Positions 1-11,829 of a DNA stretch of 64,000 bases are shown here, piece by piece. Source of the DNA: Psammoneis japonica (taxonomy: Eukaryota); assembly GCA_008632985.1 (NCBI GenBank), contig QPGO01000037.1, forward strand, positions 124,001 through 188,000, written 5' to 3'. The first letter of the stretch is position 1; the number at the start of each line of letters is the position of its first letter. Below the pieces are notes generated by a model, which did no database searches, had not been told where the DNA came from, and saw only the letters and a list, made by a program, of their open reading frames with translations. Position numbers and translations under genes: made by a program.

Positions 1-999
1 TGTGGCTGTTTCTAGCTGGTTGTGTGTCTGCACACCACAGACAGGCTGCTCACCCTGTCCATGCCATCAAAAAAAGATCTCCCCTCTCTGCCAAACTCCA
101 AAACTGGGAAGGATGACACCAAACCCCCCCTTCCCAACATTTGCAACCACACTTGACAATGACAACAGCTCATGAATTGCTGGCTTGGACCAACTGATTG
201 TTTTTTGCTTCAGCAGACCCCACAGCTGTCAATGCCTTGGCAGCTGGCTGTTTGCCATCATGCCATTGGTTCTGCACCTCATTGTGCCCCCCAGTTTTGT
301 CTCACAGGCTCTTGATGTGAGAGTGTGAGTTGTCATGTGTTGGTCTCCCCCCTTCAAGACATTTTTAACATGACAGCTTTCCACCCCATGTTCTCAAAGG
401 TGGCAACCAGCTGCTCACTCTGTCACAGAGCAGTGGCAGCCAAGTCAGCAACTGATGTGAACTTTGCTGCAAACTGGATGACATGTGCACCAGCAAAAAA
501 GAGTGAGAAGAGGCAGGTCACAGAGAGATCTGGAACAGAAATGTCAACAACATTGCCCCATCATCTGACAGGCATGGCAGGCATGCGCATTGACCAAAGA
601 GCCTTGGCAAGGCAATTGCTTGGGTCAATCATGCCAGGAATGTGCTGAGTGACAACCTGCCTGGTGTCCTTCCAGCCATGGAGAGCAAACCACTGAATGC
701 CAATGTTTCAGGCATGGCAAAATGTTGAACATGCCATTGTCATGATTGGTCATGTGACAAAAGTTCTGTGCCAGCCAGTGTCACGCAACACCAAGAAATT
801 GACATCCAGGAAACACAACACAGCAAGAGACCACACATCTGGTGTCACAAACTTCAGAGCATGCTCCTCTTTAGCCTCCAGCAAAGAAACAAAAATGCAA
901 TGTCCCACCAGAGCCCACTGGAGTTGTTCAGGATCCAACCATCACCCAGGAGCAAACACAATCTAAAACACAGGAGGGTTGTCCGTGTCATGGAGGTTT

Positions 1000-2750
1000 G
1001 GAGTTCCCCAAGCACCTGATCACAAGCAAACACAACAATGCCATCAATTGAACAAGTGTGTGCACCCACAATCTTGTTGCAAGCAGTGTTGAGAGATGAA
1101 AAAAGGTGGGCCACAGAACTGCTGAACATTTGATGTCCAGCATGTAGACCTGATTCAAACTTGTCGGTCATCACCAGCTCCATGCAACACATGGGGCCCA
1201 AAATGGAGTGCTTCACAGTGCATGTTCAGAGTCTTGACAAATGGGTTGTTGCCAGTGAATTTCAAATGGTCAACCATGGTCTCCTTCAGTTCCTCTGGAA
1301 AAGATTTGCCATTCTGGGTGTGCTGCAGGTGGATGACATTCCGAGGGATTGCATCATGGGGCAAGCCATTTTCATTCTTTTTCAAACCAAACATGCTTCT
1401 CATTCTTGACCCAAGATGTTGCTGGGTCATGCCACAAAATGTTCTTGACAGTGTCAAGGAGACAACCAAGGACAGCACCCTTTGCTGAGTTGGGCCACAT
1501 TGCAGCAGCAGGACATCAATGGCAATTCTTGCAGACCCAAACACAGCAACCAAACATGCAAAATGCACTTTTGAGTTTTGTTCTTACCCAGGGTCACAGC
1601 AAGAGCAACAGGAGCAGTGCACTGATCCTTGGACATCCCCTGGGCTTGATTGGGAGCATTCACACCTTGCCCTTTCCACTCTCTCTGGGGCTCTGAAGTT
1701 TTTCTTGGCCAGTGTGACCCACTTGGGGATTGGACACACCTGCCTTTAATGCCACCTGGCCCGGGAACTGGGGAGCCAACCTTTGTCATGCTTGGACCTG
1801 CCTGACTCCTGAAGTTGTTCAAGATTTGAATTGGTCAGCAGATTCCTGCTTGCAACACAGGCAAGAGCAGACAGCTTGATTTGCTCAGACAGCTCTGCTG
1901 GAAAAGAGAGCTCAAGACCTTGCTCCCAATGCTGTGGCACCTTTGCTGCCTTCCTCACAATGACATCTGTGGTGTCAAAATTTTTTTGCTTTGCCAACAA
2001 TCTGGTGGTCATGCACCAGAAACCTTTGCTGCCTTCCTCACAATGACATCTGTGGTGTCAAAATTTTTTGCTTTGCCAACAATCTGGTGGTCATGCACCA
2101 GATCACAGCTTCTGGCTTGTTGTCATTTCCTGACTTGTGCACACTCTTGTTGAGAAGATCCACAAAATGGAAATCAAGCTTGGGTGCAGCTCACAAGTGG
2201 TGCATGTGCCTGGGATTGTTGGCATGGTCCAACAAATGACTGATGGGCTCAGCTGCAGCATCCAAGGCTGGTGTGTCTTGCATGAACTGGATGATCAGAG
2301 CCAACTCAATGTGGCTGTCTTTGAACCTCTGCTGCTGGACCACCAACTTGCAAGAACACTGTCTGCATCCTTTTGTCATTTTGCGTGGGTGTGCCAAGTG
2401 TGGGACTCAGCTTGGGATGCTTGACAAGTGTTCAACTGGTTCACAGCATGTTTCCTCCTCCTGAGGTGGCTCAACAACTGTCACTTTCCCTCTGATGACA
2501 CACATTGAGCACCTGCTTGCCATGTTGGCACTCTGCTCTTTGCTCCTTTGGTTGTCCCATTGCATTCAAGAGCTGCCTGCAGCCCATCCATTGGATCTGT
2601 GGACTCTTCTCCAGTCTCTGCCACACTCACCCCATTCCCACCATGACACTGCATTTTGGTCCTCACACGCACACCTTGCTGCATTCTTGCACTTCCAGGG
2701 TGGAGCCATGCCTCTTCAGGAGTGGTTCAGTGGCATGAACAACAAGGTTT
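1000..2750 (+). mobile_element. Decayed tyrosine-recombinase (DIRS/Ngaro-like) retrotransposon, RT/RNase H region
   Basis: Fragments in order: CWKRELKTLL (like SSNWREL), FCFANNLV (like F-F-TDN), QVVHVPGIVGMVQQMTDGLS (like HVPG..MI.QG.DGLSR), then PPEVAQQL near 2455. Broken by stops and frameshifts; boundaries approximate. Confidence 0.55.
1939..2102. repeat. About 82-bp tandem duplication
   Basis: acctttgctgccttcctcacaatgacatctgtggtgtcaaaa...ggtcatgcaccaga occurs at 1939-2020 and 2022-2102, differing only in T-run length. Confidence 0.95.
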
Positions 2751-3379
2751 CACTCCATGTGAGGTGCCACCACAGAGCTTTTTTTGCAATCCCTTGGTGA
2801 CTCCTTGCACTTTTGCCAAGCATGGATTTTCATTGGCAGCACCTTCTGCTCCCTGCATGGGGCTTGCTGCTGCTCAAAGTGTGTTCAAGCAGGACCGCCT
2901 TTCACCATTTGCCATCAGAAGGTGGGAGGGCTCACTTTGCTCCCAAACATTTGACAAATGGGCTCATTTCATCTGTGAAAAGTGCACAGTTCAAAGTGCT
3001 TGGATCAGCCACCAGGAACTTGCCTCTGTTGGCAATTGGTGCCTCTGAGCTTTGGAGCACATGCAGACTCTTGGCATGGTGCATGCTTGGTTGACAGGCA
3101 CTCACACAAAGAGTTGAAAAAGGCTCAATGTCCTCTGTTGGTTTGAGTGGACATTCCAGGTTCCAGCTTTGACTTCTGCACCTTCAGTTTGCCCCCCTTG
3201 TGAACTGGAAGTCACTCTTCTGTGGGCCCAGGAGTGTCACAGCCTTTGGACTGGCAAGGCAGGAGAGACCCTGTTGCCTTTGGTGCTGTTCATTAACTTT
3301 GTGGTGCTGCCTTGGGACATGATGACATCCAGGCCTGGCAATGCTGTTGTTGGCACCATTGATTGCTGCACATCCCTTG

Positions 3380-4030
3380 GCAATGGTGGAGTGTGATGTC
3401 CCACATGAGACATTTGTCTCCTTTCAGCAAATTGTGGAGTTGTCAACAGCAGGTCAATTTGGCACTTTGGTTGTTGTCCATTGGGTCAAAGGACACAAAG
3501 ATGATGAAACACCCTGTGAATCTCTGTCTCTTCCTGCCAAACCAAATGTCCAAGCTGACAAGCAAGCTGGTGACTGGGTGCCAAGGCCTGTGCCCTGGGG
3601 ACACTCTTCTGGCTCTGTGCGTGCTTCACTGCTCTGCCAACTCATCTGTTCAAGATTCTTCTGTCTCTTTCAAACACAAGTTGGTTCTTTTTTGTGTGAC
3701 CCCACCCACCCTCCTGATTGCTGTGCACATTGTCAACATCACATGAAGCGTGGAGATTGCACACTCCAGTGCACCCCCATGACATGGCCTGGCATCAAAA
3801 CTTCCTCCAAGGCTTCTTGTGCAAGAAGTGCAGCCCTGGTTTGACTCACTTTTGCTGTCTGCTCTGGAGTGTTGGTTTTGTGAGGAGATGATTTACACTG
3901 GTGATCTTCGCTGCAGTGTCCTCAAGAACATGCTCCATTCTCAGGACAGAGTTGGCTGGCATCCTCTGTTTGGTGGTCAATTTTTGTCCTGTCAGAAGAG
4001 CAACGCCCAAGAGCAATGAATGTGAAGGTC
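3380..4030 (+). mobile_element. Decayed non-LTR retrotransposon fragment (RNase H and C-terminal region)
   Basis: VVVHWVKGHKDD...SLSLPAKPNVQADKQA matches the RNase H HWVKGHQD...N..AD..A motif. It is followed by SQDRVGWHPLFGGQF, resembling the Q..IGW..F..G motif of diatom LINE C-termini. Confidence 0.65.
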
Positions 4031-6129
4031 CTCCCTGCAAACTGGCAGCAGTGACAACATGTGTGTGCTGGTGAGAAAGAACAGGAGAAGCAGATCTTGG
4101 AGAGACAGACAGATTGGCTCATCTGTCCAGGTCTGTCCATCACCCACAGAGTTGGTGTGGCTGCTGACTCCCTCCCCTGACATGTGATGTCTTGTGAGAC
4201 AATGCAAGGAGAGGTGCAACAGTTTGCCATGAAAAGCAGCCTTGCCAATGATGCAAGGCAGCACAAAAACCAGATGAGACCAGAAAAGGTCAGGCAGAAC
4301 ATGTTGGAAAGAGGCAGGTCACAAGGGGCAACATTTTTGCCAAAAACTTCCCAACGGCAGCAGGGCGTGCATGTGCCTGTCCATCTGAGTCTTTGACAAA
4401 AAAAGTCGAAGGCAGCTCCCAACAAATCTTCTGGATGAATCAAGTCTTGTGCCAAAGGACAATTTTGTCAATCTCCACAAATGATCAACCACAAAGAGAG
4501 ATTCTGGCAAGTCAAACTGTCACCAAAACTCATCGGGAGAGATGGGGCCAAAAAATGGAAATCCACCATGACAAATGATGCAGCAAAAATGAAGCAACAG
4601 CAGCCCACTGGACAAACCAATGCTTCTGCCACATGTTGCTTCACCCCTGAAAAACACAGTGGGCAAACAAAACATGTGGCAAAAGTGCTCAATGTCAGAA
4701 GAACATTGGTGTGTCGCAGGTGAGCATCAAATGACACATGCAAATCATGGTCATCAAGTGAGGCATCTTGGTCAAAGCCAGAATGCTCAACAGGCTTGCA
4801 CACTTTTGCTGAGCCACAGGGATCCTGCCATCTCCTGATCATCAAATGCAGGGTTGTCATTGGCAACGGTCAACAGGTCAGGAGCACCAGGAAAGCTGCT
4901 GTTCAACACCACAGCCATCCTTCCAGCAAAGGAAAGAGGTGTTGCAGCAGAAGGCAATGAGACTTGGTGGCCCTCTTTCAGGCTTGTTCCACTTCCATTG
5001 GTCTTGTGCACTTCCTTGTTGCTGCATTTGACCACCCCTCAACAAGCAAATGCAGTGTCATCATCAACAATGGAGGCCAACATGCCAATGGTGGGGACAG
5101 TGGAGGAACAAGATGGCAGAGCAGAAGGCAACCACATTTGGTGCAAGAGCAAACCACTGGAGAAAGCAACATGTTGCTGGCCCCTGAAAAGCTCACTGGA
5201 CAAATGGAGGGCAACCTGGAGTGACTCGATGTTAGAAGAAGGTGGGTGCTTGGCAGGTGAGCATCCAGCGATGTGCAAATCTTGGTCACCCAACAATTCA
5301 CCACTGGAAGAGTTGGAATGCTTGTCAATCTTGTGCACTTCCTCTGCACCACATTGCTCCTTTTCTAAAAAGAAACAGTCAAGATCAACAGACAAGACAG
5401 AGACAGTCATGGCCCAGTGAAGCAGTCACATTGAGGGCCACTTTTTTAAAGAGCAGTGCAACAGGAAATGCATTGACAGGGTCTCTGGTTGCCGGCAGGA
5501 TGTGCATGTTAAGAACCCACTCCTTCAACAATGCAACAACACCATTTTTGGATTGCACATGTTTCTTGGAGCAATCAAAAAACTGATCCAGCCCAAGAAC
5601 AATGCTGCCATGGTGAGTGTCACTCAGCTGAGGCTTTGCAGCTTCATGGTGATGAGATGATGTGGTTGGAACCCTGCACCATCTTCTCAAGGGAGACAAC
5701 AACTGCCTGTTTTGGCACTTGATTTGCCATGGTTGAAGTGAGCAAAAAGGTTGGTCATGCAGGCACAGAGAGTCAGCATTGACCTGCAGCTAAAATTTTG
5801 TTGTGGTTCCATGAAAAAAGAAACATTTTCAGGAACAAAAATGTGGCTGGCTCAATCAGCTCACAAACCAAACAAATCAAAAAAAAGAATTGCAATGCAA
5901 AGGAGTGTGGAACCTCACAAGATCACAACCTGTCAGAGCAGCAACAGCCAAGTCAGCAATCAACATGATCCTTCCCACAAATGGGTGACAATGGAGAACA
6001 TGTGTGCCAGAGAGAAAAAGTGGGAAGAGGCAGATCTCAGAGAGATTTGCTCTGACATCTAAAGAGAGCCTGGCTGGCTGTCATCTGCAAACAGTCTGAT
6101 TGCACATGGCACACCCAGTCAGCTGACAC

Positions 6130-6620
6130 CAACAGAGCCACTGCAAAGTCTCATTCTTGACTTTGGCCCAAGCCATGATTGTGAGCCCAGCTGCATGTCT
6201 GCAGCCTGGATGTGTGTGCATGTGCTGTGTGTGTGCACACTCAGGAGCTCTGTTGTGTGGTGCCTGCTGCTGCACAACAAGTGTGGAGGTTGTGTGTCCT
6301 TGACTCTGCTTCTCTCAGCACATCACTTTGGAGATTGTGTCAAACCAGGGAGGTGCCAGCCACCATTTTTGGCACTCTTGAGCCATGCCAGCTGGAACAA
6401 AGGGTTGGATCACTGTTCTCTCTCTTCTTCTCATTGTCAAAGCAAAACGGCTCAAAAAACACTGAGCCCACCAACACAAAGCATGGCTGCAAATCATGTG
6501 GAGCCAGTTTCAGCAGCAGCAAACAAGCACAGTCCTCGACAAGGACAAGTGCCACTTGCCATGTCATTGCTTTCATGACTTGTGCTCTCAACACAGTTCT
6601 TTTTCATGCTTCTTTCCCAT
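6130..6620 (+). repeat. Dispersed direct repeat, copy 1 (possible LTR)
   Basis: Shares blocks with 9945-10420: agccactgcaaa, gcccagctgc/catgtctgca, ctcagcacatcactttggagattgtg, tgtcattgctttcatgacttg. Confidence 0.75.
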
Positions 6621-6899
6621 CAACCCATTGCACGTTGGATCAATGCAGGGTCATTTGTTCAGCCCAACAAAACTGTGAGTGCAGCTGCTGTGCAGGCAGG
6701 GAACAGCAATGTCTCCAACAACAGAGTGTTTGGAAAATGAAGGGACTCAATTGCAAACAAGAGACCCCGCAGCATCTTGGGCATTTTTGCATGGACTCTC
6801 CTTGTTGATGAGCTGACATTGACATTTTGAGCAGGCTTTCTGGTTGTGCAGTGGAGATGGTCCAGGTGAGAATGCATCAGCTCCACATTGAATCTGTTT

Positions 6900-7860
6900 C
6901 TGAGCATTGTGCTCTGCATGGCAGCCCTTTCTTGCAAATGGCACTGGCAAATTGCGCTCATTGGAGCCAACAAGAAAGACTGCAGAAATGGAGGCACAGC
7001 ACCATGGCTCTATTTCCCATGTTTTCCAACACCATCACCATGTGTCTCACCCCATTCTTCCCATTGCAGGTTTGGTTTGTTGCCATTTAAAGCAGACATT
7101 GTTGGTGTTTGCAGGTGCCAAGGGCTTGGGTCCAACACTGAAGCCTTCCAATGACAATTCCTGAATCACTGTGTCCCACACTAATCTGCAAACATTGCAA
7201 ATCCAACCTTGTTTTTACAGCATCTATGTGCATGGCATGCGTCTGATGTCATTGACCAAATGGGTCCAGGCCATTCCCTTCCAAAGCATCCCAGTGTGAA
7301 TTTTCCCAAAGCCCCATTCTTTGGTGTTGTGTCCACTCCCACTTCTGTTCTTTTGCAGGTGGTTTCTTTTCCAAAGCAGCACTCAGTTCTTTTTGAGACA
7401 AAAAAGTGCCTTGCATGGGATGATGAACTGGGATTGGATTCAGAATTGACAAGTCTTGCAAATCCACCATCTCAGCCTCAAATGTCTCATCAGTGGTGGC
7501 ACAGGTGGCAGTTGCAGTGCCCAAAGAAAGCCACTTGAGGATCAAGCAGAAGAGCTTCCTGCAGTCTGAAGAGCAGCCAATGCTGCTGCACTGGAGGATT
7601 CTTCAGTCTCGAGAATGCTCAAGTCCTTGCCACCTTCTTGTTTGTTCACATTTGTTTCCTGATTGAGCTTGGAATCATTGTCTCTGCTTTTAGATTTTGA
7701 GTTGTAATCACTGCTTTTGGCTTCGGGGTTGTTGATTGCAGCTGCTGGAGCTGGAGCTGCATTGCACAGGTTTTGCAAAGCATTGGTGAGCTGCTCAAGG
7801 ATCTCATTGTTGTTGAGATCTTGAACACCAGCAACACAACTTTTCACAGCAGGCACCCCA
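6900..7860 (-). mobile_element. Possible decayed Ty1/copia (CoDi-like) gag remnant
   Basis: Minus strand near 7060-6980 reads like KNG..TW.WCWKH...WC.H...C across frameshifts (CoDi gag zinc-knuckle-like). Upstream QLTNALQNL..APAPAAAINNP is gag-like. Confidence 0.3.
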
Positions 7861-8630
7861 TTTTGTGGATTGCCAACAAAATCTCAATCAAGTTGCAGGG
7901 GTGCTGTGGCTGTGCATTGCCAGATGTTGGTTTTGAAACTTTGCTTCTCCTCACAGCTGCTGATGAGTTTGCAGCAGTCACTGATGGTGCATTGTCCTCC
8001 AATGCCACCCAAAAATGTCAAAACACATCACCCTTTGCCAAGCTTTGGACACCACAAAAAATGCTCATGGCCAATGACAAGAGCTTCAATGTTGTTCAGT
8101 TCAACAACACACCCCACTCAACAAACAATGAACAGCAGCACCGCTGTCATCAAAATTTGGTCCTCACAAAGCACCACCAGCACATTGCCACATGCAAGAA
8201 ACAACTGAAACACAGTTTTAAAGTGTGTGTTGATGCGTTTGGTCAAAGATTCAATGTTTTGAGGAGGACAGGTCAACAGATGAACAGAGAAAGGAATTGC
8301 AAAACACTGCAATTTTTGGCTGCCTGGAACACAGACTTTGACTTGAATCGCAGCACTGAATGTCCACTTTTGTAGTTTCAAGTTGTGTGGTTTGCACTCA
8401 AAATTAATCTTCAAAAGCATTTCCCTGCTCATTGCTCCCAAAGGGCAGAGACGTTGAAATCAAACAAATGCACCACTCTCATGCATGTCCAAAGAGGAGT
8501 GGACAATGTCAAACATGAATGGGAGCTGTCTTCTTGTGCCACAGAGAGGACCATTTGTCAACCAAGATTGCCCCACAGGCAAACTTTTCCTTTCTGCAAT
8601 GGCAACTCTCACACAGCCAAAAATGAAGTG

Positions 8631-9560
8631 AAAAAGGCACTTGATGACAGTGGCACAAGATTGAGGGATTTGAAAATCTGCAAGTCCCACAGTCACAACT
8701 TTTCCCAACTTGTTCCATTGAGGAGTCTGCCACGCAGCTGCAGCACTTTTTTGGCTGCACATGCTTTTTGGCCATGTCACCATCTCCATGTTTTGCCTTG
8801 TTCATCAACATTGTGTTGAGTGGAAGCTGCAACTCTGACACTTTTCCACACCTTGGCTTGCACATTTCTCATTTCCATTTCAAAACTTGTTGCTGTGCAT
8901 GCACGCCACTTTGTTGTGCAGAGCTCATTTTTGTCATTGTTGCAAAAGGCACTTGACAGTGGCACAACATTGAGGGATTTGAAGATCTGCAAGTCCCACA
9001 GTCACAACTTTTTCCCAACTTGTTTCTCATTGAGGAGTCTGCCGCTCAGCTGCAGCACTTTTTTGCTGCACATGCTTTTTTGGCCATGCCACCATCTCCA
9101 TGGGGTTTTGCCTTCATCAACATTGTGTTGAGTGGAAGCTGCAACTTTGACACTTTTTCACACCCCAGCTGGCACATTTCTTGTTTCCATTTCAAAACTT
9201 GTTGCTGTGCATGCACCACCACTTTCTTGTTGTGCAGAGCTCATTGTTGTAAAAAAGGCACTTGACAGCAGTGGCACAAGATTGAGGGATTTAAAAATCT
9301 GCAAGTCCCACAGTCACAACTTTTCCCAACTTGTTTCACTGAGGAGTCTGTCACTCAGCTGCAGCACTTTTTTGGCTGCACATGCTTTTTTGGCCATGCC
9401 ACCATCTCCATGGTTTTGCCTTCATCAACATTGTGTTGAGTGGAAGCTGCAACTCTGACACTTTTCCACACCTTGGCTGGCACATTTCTTGTTTCCATTT
9501 CAAAACTTGTTGCTGTGCATGCACTGCCACTTTGTTGTGCAGAGCTCATTTTTGTCATTG
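8631..9560. repeat. Tandem array of three units of about 310 bp
   Basis: Units start near 8631, 8944 and 9253 with aaaaggcacttga..cagtggcacaa.attgagggattt..a.atctgcaagtcccacagtcacaac. They give three repeated MEAATLTLFHT ORFs. Confidence 0.95.
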
Positions 9561-9944
9561 TTGTTTTGTGCTCTTGTTGCAGATTGGGGGGTGTCTTTGT
9601 GAGCTGGCTTTTGCTGACATGCTGTTGTTTCCAAATGACCCCCCACTGACAAACTCCTCAAACATGGAAGACCCCTCTTGACATTTGCAACGGCACTTGT
9701 TGGTGAACAAAAAAGGTGGCAACAATCTTGGTGGCTGGCAACTTGCTGCTAGCCTCAGTGTGCATGCTTGCCAGAGAGTGATTTTGTTTGTTCATTTGTT
9801 CAAGTTAGACAGACAGACAGAGAAAGAAAGTGCAGCAGCAAGTGATGGACAAGAGCTGCAGGCACAAAGTCTGTGCCCCCCACTGGAAGACATTTTTCAG
9901 CGCTGTGACAGCTTTTCCTTTGTCAAGGATGGCAGCTTGCTTCT

Positions 9945-10420
9945 GACAAAGCCACTGCAAAAGTCATGTTGCTTCCCCTGATGTCAGCCCAAGCCCATGG
10001 TTGTGTGCCCAGCTGCTGCATGTCTGCATCTTGAGTGTGTGCACACTGCTTGCTGGTGGCACTGCGAGTGACAGCCACGTTCTGACACACTCTCTGCTTT
10101 TTGACTGTGTGCTGCAGTGCTCAGCACATCACTTTGGAGATTGTGCCAAGCCATGCAGGCACCAGATGCTGTTCCTTTTGAGACTCAAGAGACACACTCC
10201 TCTTGCAGAAACACCAAAAACTTCTCTCCTCGAGCCTCAAAAGAGGAGGCGTGTCATCACAGCAGCCCCCCCCAAGACAGGAACCAGTTCGAGCAGCAGC
10301 AGCAGCATGCAAACATGGTGCTCAATGAGGACAAGCGCCACTCGCCACTCGCTTTGTCATTGCTTTCATGACTTGCACTCCTCGTCGGCTACACGGTTCT
10401 TTCTCGTGCTTCTTTCGCAC
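9945..10420 (+). repeat. Dispersed direct repeat, copy 2 (possible LTR)
   Basis: Homologous to 6130-6620; its right end retains CpG. Confidence 0.75.
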
Positions 10421-10632
10421 ACATGTTGTGGACCCGTGACGACGGCGATGCGCGGAACATCACGTTTGGTCAACACGAAAGGCGCGTTTCTTCAGTCCCG
10501 CGAAACCGAGAACGCGGCTGGAAGCGGGGGAAATGGCGGGGTCGACATTCGACATTTGCCGAAGGCCGTCACAAACTAAACAACGTTGTTGAAACGTCAC
10601 ACCTGGCACCACCAACGCCCAGCACCTAAACC

Positions 10633-11732
10633 ATGACCATTGAAGGAACAACTATTTTGACTCGAAAGGAAATTGAAGAAGAACTTGGCTGTGTGTCTCG
10701 CCAGGTACATTCTTCAATGATTCCAAAAGGAAAGATTTCGCCGATTAGTGAGTGTTGTTGAAGTAGTCAACGGTTTTTGTTGCGTTTTAGCAGAAGAGAG
10801 CCTTTCTCGTCTTACACATTATTTCTATGCACTAGCCGCCCAGAACAAGTTGATCATGTGATTGAACCAGATAAGCTAGACTTGACCGACTACATTCAAG
10901 ATCCCGCGATGATAACGCCAGAAACAGAGTTGATGCAGCCTTGGGGCGAGGGGATTTGGATTGTTGATGGGCCAGAAATTAGCGTCTATGGCTGCCCTTA
11001 TACGACACGAATGGTCGTGGTGCGCATGCACAGTGGTGGTGCATGGTTGTGGAGTCCAACTCCTTATTCAGTAGAGTTAGCACGAGAGATTGAAGGGCGA
11101 TGTGGCAAAGTCCGGTTCATTGTCGCACCAAATCAAAGCCATCACTTGCATCTCAAGGAATGGTCAGAGCAGTATCCACAAGCCAAAATTCATGCCCCTC
11201 CTGGATTGGTATGTGCACCAGTGAAGAGCTCTGCTTGACTTTGAAATTATGTCGGAAAGACTACAATACCAACACTAATCTCACACTCACATCGCTCTTG
11301 CCCCATTGATAGCCGGAACGAGAGGACATCACCGTAGACTTTCTCTTGACAGATGACGCGCATAAGGATTGTTTTTGTGATATCGATGCGTGTCTGTTTC
11401 GAGGCAGCTATTGCGACGAAGCCGTCTTCTTTCACAAGGCAAGCAGAACCGTAATTTTGCAGATTTAATTCAACGTCACTACCCGTGCAAGTGCAAGGCG
11501 CTGTTTCCGGGACCATCATGGAATGGAACAATGTTGTGGGTTCAGATGGTGGCACGCCTCCTCTGTGGAAACTCAGCTGGTGGTATCGAGGCGAGAAGGA
11601 GCTGGCTCGGAACGCCTTGCATGTGGTTCTGAAAAAGTGGAGACCTGAAAAAATCATTGTGGCGCATGGCGAATGCTCTTCACAGAATGCTACAGAATCG
11701 TAGCCAAGGCCCTTAGCTGGCTTATTTACTAG
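10633..11732 (+). CDS. DUF4336 family (metallo-beta-lactamase-like) protein, spliced
   Basis: IWIVDGP...PYTTRMVVVR...WLWSP...FIVAPNQSHHLHL.EW...YP.A and EAVFFHKASRTV..ADLI motifs. Probable introns near 10705-10835 and 11209-11311; apparent indels in the 3' part. Confidence 0.8.
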
Positions 11733-11829
11733 GCGACCCTGATCTCAAATAGCACTTTCGTGGTTTGTCAATTGCACCTACTCTGCTTAGTCCCGTACCT
11801 GCTATCTACTGCATCGCTACTACTTCATC

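Larger units (their letters stand above)
1..10400. other. CpG- and TpA-depleted hypermutated domain (nested decayed TEs and repeats)
   Basis: TA and CG dinucleotides are nearly absent and TG/CA abundant. Six-frame ORFs almost never contain Tyr, are Cys/His/Gln-rich and mostly end in TGA. Confidence 0.92.

Noticed and set aside
8631..9560. Tandem units as a CRISPR-like array
   Set aside because: Units are about 310 bp, contiguous and lack unique spacers; the context is eukaryotic with no cas genes.
1..10400. Classical fungal RIP, or 5mC deamination alone, as the cause of the skew
   Set aside because: RIP raises TpA and depletes CpA, the opposite of what is seen; 5mC deamination explains only the CpG loss.
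325..10579. Dozens of Cys/His/Gln-rich ORFs of 60-200 aa in the TA-less domains (also 63060-63947)
   Set aside because: They result from loss of TAA/TAG stops; they lack Tyr, overlap in all frames and show no coherent domain.
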